DNA from: Elusimicrobiota bacterium
GTDB lineage: Bacteria > Elusimicrobiota > Elusimicrobia > F11
Direction of reading: 5' to 3'
DNA length: 53,445 nucleotides
Assembly (NCBI GenBank): GCA_046153645.1
Contig: JBJXGI010000086.1
Coordinates: 1-53,445 of the forward strand
Every line of letters begins with the position of its first letter. Within the stretch, counting starts at the first letter, position 1. This document shows positions 49,394-53,445 of the stretch, in pieces. The notes beneath the pieces were generated by a model. That model was given only the letters and a program-made list of their open reading frames with translations. It did no database searches and was not told the origin of the DNA. The position numbers were made by a program, and so were the translations under genes.

Positions 49394-49452
49394 TTTTATA
49401 AGGTAAAACCCATTAATCCCCCACCAACCTCCCCGCTTTGCGGGGAGGGATT
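49394..49452. repeat. Right inverted repeat with hairpin, flanking the DUF559 gene
   Basis: TTTTATAAGGTAAAACCCATTAATCCCCCACCAACCTCCCCGC-ttt-GCGGGGAGGGATT. Confidence 0.85.
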
Positions 49453-49573
49453 TCAATTTAAGCCATACTTTCTACAGTTGTAATCCCTTCTAAACACTCC
49501 TATTGACTGTAAGTTCTTTTAAAATCATATTGGTTTTACGCCTCGAATTTAAAATAATCAATAAACATGAGGT

Positions 49574-49637
49574 TTAAGGCCATCTTAACTTGACCTTAAT
49601 GAATCCTTAATCCCGCACTGTTACAGTAGTGTTACAA
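49574..49637 (+). promoter_or_regulatory. Conserved upstream element, copy 2: TTAA boxes x4 and TGTTAC x2 at 11-bp period
   Basis: TTAA at 49574, 49585, 49596, 49607; TGTTAC at 49619 and 49630; matches 12446-12498. Confidence 0.75.
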
Positions 49638-49685
49638 GGAAACGCAGTTCAGGCACCTAAGATAAGTTAAGGGAGAAAAGAAGCC

Positions 49686-51662
49686 ATGAAAAATAATGAA
49701 CTTAAAAAAATGTGGGTTAAACTGGGAAGTGTCCTCACCATCATTTTCAGTTTCATTTCTTTGAGCTTGGCAGGTTCAGCCGGGACTGTTTCTAATAACT
49801 TCCTTAAAATTGGCCTGGGTGCCAGAGGATCTGCCATGGGAGAAGCCCAAGCCGCTGCTTCTGAAGACGTGACCGCCGCTTTTTGGAACCCCGCCGCGCT
49901 TTCCAACCTTCGATTTCAAGAAATCACTTTTATGCATCATGATATGGTTGAAGGTGTTCGCCTTCAACAAGTGCAAGTGGGGCTTCCACTCCAAAACAAC
50001 AAAGGAACCTTTTCTGCCGGCCTCAGCATGATGGATTTTGGATCTATCAATGGTTACAACGATGCGGGTCTCCCCACGGGTTCCGTTGAAGCTTCTGACC
50101 TTCTCCTTTCCGCTTCTTATGCTCGCGCCATTTCTAAAAAATCAAAATTAACGGGCGGATTTACTTTTAAATATCTCAATTCTAAGTTGGCCGGATATTC
50201 TGCTTCGGCTCCCATGCTCGACTTAGGCCTTCTTTTGCCCATTGAAACCGGACGAATGAAAGGCCTAAAGCTTTCTTTCGGAATGCGTAATGTAGGACCT
50301 TCTATTAAATACGATACGCAAAGTTCACAACTTCCTCGTCAGGTTGTTTTTGGAAGCGCTTTTTCCGCTTTAGGGGGAAATTTGAATATAGCCTTAGACG
50401 CTATTCAATCTGTCGATTCCAATCTTTATTTTGCAACAGGTCTTGAATATAGAGTGTTCGACATGCTCAATTTACGTTTGGGTTACAATGGACGCAGCAA
50501 TTTTGTCGGAAATGGCATTAGTTATGGAATGGGGCTTCGTTTCACACAATGGAATTTAGATTATGCGTTTGTTCCATTTGGTGATTTAGGTGCTACCAAT
50601 AGAATTAGTGTGGGTGTCCGTTTTGGTCGTGCTATCCAAATCAAAAATGCCGACGATCAAGTTGAATTCAATTACAATTTCGCTAAACGCCAATTGGCTT
50701 TAGGTAAAGGGGTGGAAGCTTATAGCACCTTATCTGATCTTCTCCTTATTGCTCCTTGGCATAAACCTTCCGTTGAACTCAAAGCCAAAATTCAAAAACA
50801 ATTCGACGAAATGGCGGTTTCTAAAAATAATGCCCGCATGGAAGCTGAAATTGCGGACAAATTCACTTTGGCTAAAGCTGCCTTTGACAGAGATGAGTTG
50901 GTTGAAGCTCGCAAAGGTTTTGAAACCATTCTTGCTCTTCAGTCAGAGCATGTTGGTTCTAAAGTTTATTTAGAAAGAATTCAAAATAGATATCAAAGCT
51001 TAGCCCATGAATCTTTCAAACAGGGAATGGACTACTACGCTGCGGCTGATTATGAAAAAGCCCAGATGTTCTTTGAGAAAACCCTCACAATTGATCCAAC
51101 CCACGCTGATGCCAAGGCCCAATTGGATAAAACAATCCAATTGATAGCTGATGTCACCAAGAGAGCCCGCGAGATGGAATTATTAGCCGGAGCGGGTGAA
51201 GCTTACAAAGAAGGCTTGGTGGCTTATCAGAAAAATGATCTCGAGAAGGCCTTGGCTAAATTTGAAGAAGTCAAAACCCAAATGCCTGAATATGAAGAAG
51301 TGAGCCGATATATAGAGTTAACCAAACAAACCTTGGCCGGCATTCTCTTCGAACAAGCCAAAGTAAATGTTGAAAACGGTCAGCTAGAAGAGGCTGTGAC
51401 CAAACTTAAAAGAGCCGATGAGTTAACCCCCAAAGCCAGCAATATCCAAACCGCTCTTGAAATGGCGAATAAAGACTTAGCCACCAAAAATGCGGAGTTG
51501 TCTAAGAAACTCTATAAAGATGGTTTAGAAGCTTACCTTGGTGGTCAAACCGATAAAGCCGAAAACCTTTGGAATAAAGCCCTTGAATTGGATGGCAATA
51601 ACGAGGAAGCTAAGAAGGCCATTGAAAAAGTTCAAGAAAAGAAGAAATTTGAAGGGAAATAA
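49686..51662 (+). CDS. PorV/PorQ-family outer-membrane beta-barrel fused to C-terminal TPR repeats
   Basis: Signal peptide; FLKIGLGARGSAMGEA..AAFWNPAAL PorV-type N-terminal motif; amphipathic strands ending LDYAFVPFGDLGATNRISVGVRF; TPR-like helices from about aa 325. Confidence 0.85.
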   Translation: MKNNELKKMWVKLGSVLTIIFSFISLSLAGSAGTVSNNFLKIGLGARGSAMGEAQAAASEDVTAAFWNPAALSNLRFQEITFMHHDMVEGVRLQQVQVGLPLQNNKGTFSAGLSMMDFGSINGYNDAGLPTGSVEASDLLLSASYARAISKKSKLTGGFTFKYLNSKLAGYSASAPMLDLGLLLPIETGRMKGLKLSFGMRNVGPSIKYDTQSSQLPRQVVFGSAFSALGGNLNIALDAIQSVDSNLYFATGLEYRVFDMLNLRLGYNGRSNFVGNGISYGMGLRFTQWNLDYAFVPFGDLGATNRISVGVRFGRAIQIKNADDQVEFNYNFAKRQLALGKGVEAYSTLSDLLLIAPWHKPSVELKAKIQKQFDEMAVSKNNARMEAEIADKFTLAKAAFDRDELVEARKGFETILALQSEHVGSKVYLERIQNRYQSLAHESFKQGMDYYAAADYEKAQMFFEKTLTIDPTHADAKAQLDKTIQLIADVTKRAREMELLAGAGEAYKEGLVAYQKNDLEKALAKFEEVKTQMPEYEEVSRYIELTKQTLAGILFEQAKVNVENGQLEEAVTKLKRADELTPKASNIQTALEMANKDLATKNAELSKKLYKDGLEAYLGGQTDKAENLWNKALELDGNNEEAKKAIEKVQEKKKFEGK

Positions 51663-51664
51663 GA

Positions 51665-53044
51665 GTGAAATCAAAAATCCTTAAAACCATATTAATTCCT
51701 CAACCTACCCTCTCCCGTGCCGGGAGAGGGGTTTTGGTTTTTATGGGGGTTCTTTCTTTTTTGACTTTAACGCCTGTTTTGGCTATCCCTTCTGCGGCCA
51801 CTCCTGAAGATAAAATTCTTTCAAAAGCTTTTTCAGCCTATATGGACGGTAATGATAAAGCGGCGATGGGGTATTTTGAAGAAGTCGTTCGCTTAAATCC
51901 TAGTAATGAAGCTGCCAAAAAAGGGTTAGAAAAAGTGAAAGTTCGTCTCAAAAAAGCTGGTGAGATTGAAAAAGAGAAAGCGCTAACTTTAGCCAAAGCT
52001 AAAACAGCAGAAGGAAAAGGTTTTTTACGCAATGGAGATGTGGTGGGGGCCATTGACAGTTTCCATAGTGCCACCAATGCCGTTCCTAACTATGCTCCCG
52101 CAGAAGGTGAATTAAAGACAATAAAAAAAGAAATGTTGCGGAATTCTGAGAAAAAACGAGTTAACCTTACCCAATGGGCACTCGCCAGAGGAACACTGGC
52201 TTATTTGGAAAAAGATTGGGCTAAAGCTTATCGGATTTGGTCAGAGCGATTACGAATCGATAAATCAGATGTGGTCTTATCTAATGCCAATGCAAGGGCG
52301 GAGAATAATTTTAAACGGCTCATGATCGCAGAACAAGAAGAATTTTTTAGAAGGGGCGCGCGCGCTTTTTATGGTCAAGGAATGTATGAGCAGGCCAAAA
52401 TATCATGGGAAAAAGTACTTGCTCTTCGCGGTGACGATCAAGAAGCGCTAGAGGGCATGGCTCGCTCAGAACAAGCTGTTTTAGCTGCGCAAGGAAAAGG
52501 AAAAGACAATCAAATGACCGATTTATTGGAAGAGGGTTTACAACAATATGCCAATCAAAATTGGACCAAAGCACTGTCAGTTTTTCAGCAATTGTCTGAA
52601 ATGGAATCTGGCTTTACGACAGCGAAAGAATATATCGTGAAAATAAATGCGCATTTAGAAAATAGAGTTTACTCACCCGCCAGCACAGCTGGGACATGGA
52701 AACCAAACAAAGCCTCTAATCAAAGTAATTCTCCTCTCGACTTGTCCGACAAAAATGAAAATGTGACCGAGAGTAAAAAAGAATTAGAAAAACAATTAAA
52801 TCGAGACCCAGGAAACATTAAAGTTCAACAGGAACTTGATAAGGTTGTTAAACAGCAAGAAGATGAAGGGGAGCGAATTTATAAAGACGGCTTGATTGCT
52901 TATTCTCAAGGAAATCGGGCCTTAGCCATGGAGCATTGGAAAAAAGTTTTGATTGTTAACCCCGAGCATAAAAAAGCATCTGCAGCGCTTAAAAAAGCAA
53001 AAGCTGAGGAGGAGCGCTCCACTGAGCCTGCGGCAACCGAATGA
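51665..53044 (+). CDS. Exported tetratricopeptide-repeat protein
   Basis: Hydrophobic signal segment, then multiple TPR units (AMGYFEEVVRLNPSN; AKISWEKVLALRGDD; AMEHWKKVLIVNPEH). Confidence 0.85.
   Translation: MKSKILKTILIPQPTLSRAGRGVLVFMGVLSFLTLTPVLAIPSAATPEDKILSKAFSAYMDGNDKAAMGYFEEVVRLNPSNEAAKKGLEKVKVRLKKAGEIEKEKALTLAKAKTAEGKGFLRNGDVVGAIDSFHSATNAVPNYAPAEGELKTIKKEMLRNSEKKRVNLTQWALARGTLAYLEKDWAKAYRIWSERLRIDKSDVVLSNANARAENNFKRLMIAEQEEFFRRGARAFYGQGMYEQAKISWEKVLALRGDDQEALEGMARSEQAVLAAQGKGKDNQMTDLLEEGLQQYANQNWTKALSVFQQLSEMESGFTTAKEYIVKINAHLENRVYSPASTAGTWKPNKASNQSNSPLDLSDKNENVTESKKELEKQLNRDPGNIKVQQELDKVVKQQEDEGERIYKDGLIAYSQGNRALAMEHWKKVLIVNPEHKKASAALKKAKAEEERSTEPAATE
51698..51731 (+). repeat. REP-like hairpin inside the 5' end of the TPR gene
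   Basis: CCCTCTCCCG-tgc-CGGGAGAGGG perfect 10-bp stem (51708-51730) preceded by CCTCAACCTA; same family as 41246-41293. Confidence 0.75.
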
Positions 53045-53445
53045 AAAAACTATTTTATTTATCTTTACTCTTCGTTACCCTTGCTTCAGCGGAAGAACCT
53101 ATTCAAGATTCAAACGCGATTGATTACACCTCTACTTTAAGTTCGGAACCGATCAAAAATGATGAAATTCCCGTCATACCCAGTGTTCCAGAACCTGCAT
53201 TGAACGTTAGCTCATCTTCGGCTTCCATATTACCTCCCCTTATTTCAACAAGTAGCCCAAGCGTAGATCAATTGTTAGAAAATTATGGGTTAAGCGAATC
53301 ATCTCAGCCGGTATTGGAAAAAGTTTCTATTGATGATTCTGGAAATAGATTATTGATTTTAATTCAAGTTTCTAAGCCGGTGGAATGTTTTGTGTTTGAG
53401 CGTCGTGACCCACCTTCTTTATTCATTCAATTTACAGGAACAACT
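53041..53445 (+). CDS. Partial exported protein with a probable AMIN-like domain (runs off the window)
   Basis: Not in the ORF track. My translation is open to the end: MKKLFYLSLLFVTLASAEE.., a Pro/Ser-rich linker, then VLEKVSIDDSGNRLLILIQVSKPVECFVFERRDPPSLFIQF. ATGA overlap with the TPR gene stop. Confidence 0.7.
   Translation, partial: MKKLFYLSLLFVTLASAEEPIQDSNAIDYTSTLSSEPIKNDEIPVIPSVPEPALNVSSSSASILPPLISTSSPSVDQLLENYGLSESSQPVLEKVSIDDSGNRLLILIQVSKPVECFVFERRDPPSLFIQFTGTT

Noticed and set aside
48940..49452. Classical IS element
   Set aside because: There are inverted repeats but no DDE or HUH transposase and no visible target-site duplication; reported instead as a DUF559/REP-like cassette.

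Overview
An AT-rich bacterial chromosomal window, coded almost entirely on the + strand. The protein styles (giant FG-GAP/FN3 protein with a T9SS-like C-terminal domain, PorV-like barrel fused to TPRs, giant multi-TM mosaic protein) suggest Elusimicrobiota or a similar lineage; this is inference only. Gene order: pentaheme cytochrome c, fixC, fixX, a convergent squalene/phytoene synthase, a small membrane protein, an FtsH-like AAA protease, an orphan membrane-fusion protein, and four signalling genes (HAMP kinase, OmpR-type regulator, REC-kinase, sigma54 activator). Next come an 8730-aa secreted protein, a stand-alone copy of its C-terminal domain, a YefM/RelE-type toxin-antitoxin pair and a 3010-aa mosaic protein. 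The window ends with a DUF559 nuclease gene bracketed by inverted hairpin repeats and a PorV-TPR / TPR / AMIN-like operon that runs off the edge. Main leads: (1) a T9SS-like export system whose putative cargo gene and barrel operon, 37 kb apart, share a 53-bp upstream element with 11-bp-periodic boxes; (2) the 3010-aa protein, in which soluble domains (TraB/ChaN/EreA-like, EarP-like glycosyltransferase) alternate with three CPBP-protease-like membrane modules; (3) a DUF559 cassette with inverted repeats whose hairpin family also occurs in frame inside neighbouring genes. No rRNA, tRNA or CRISPR array was recognised.
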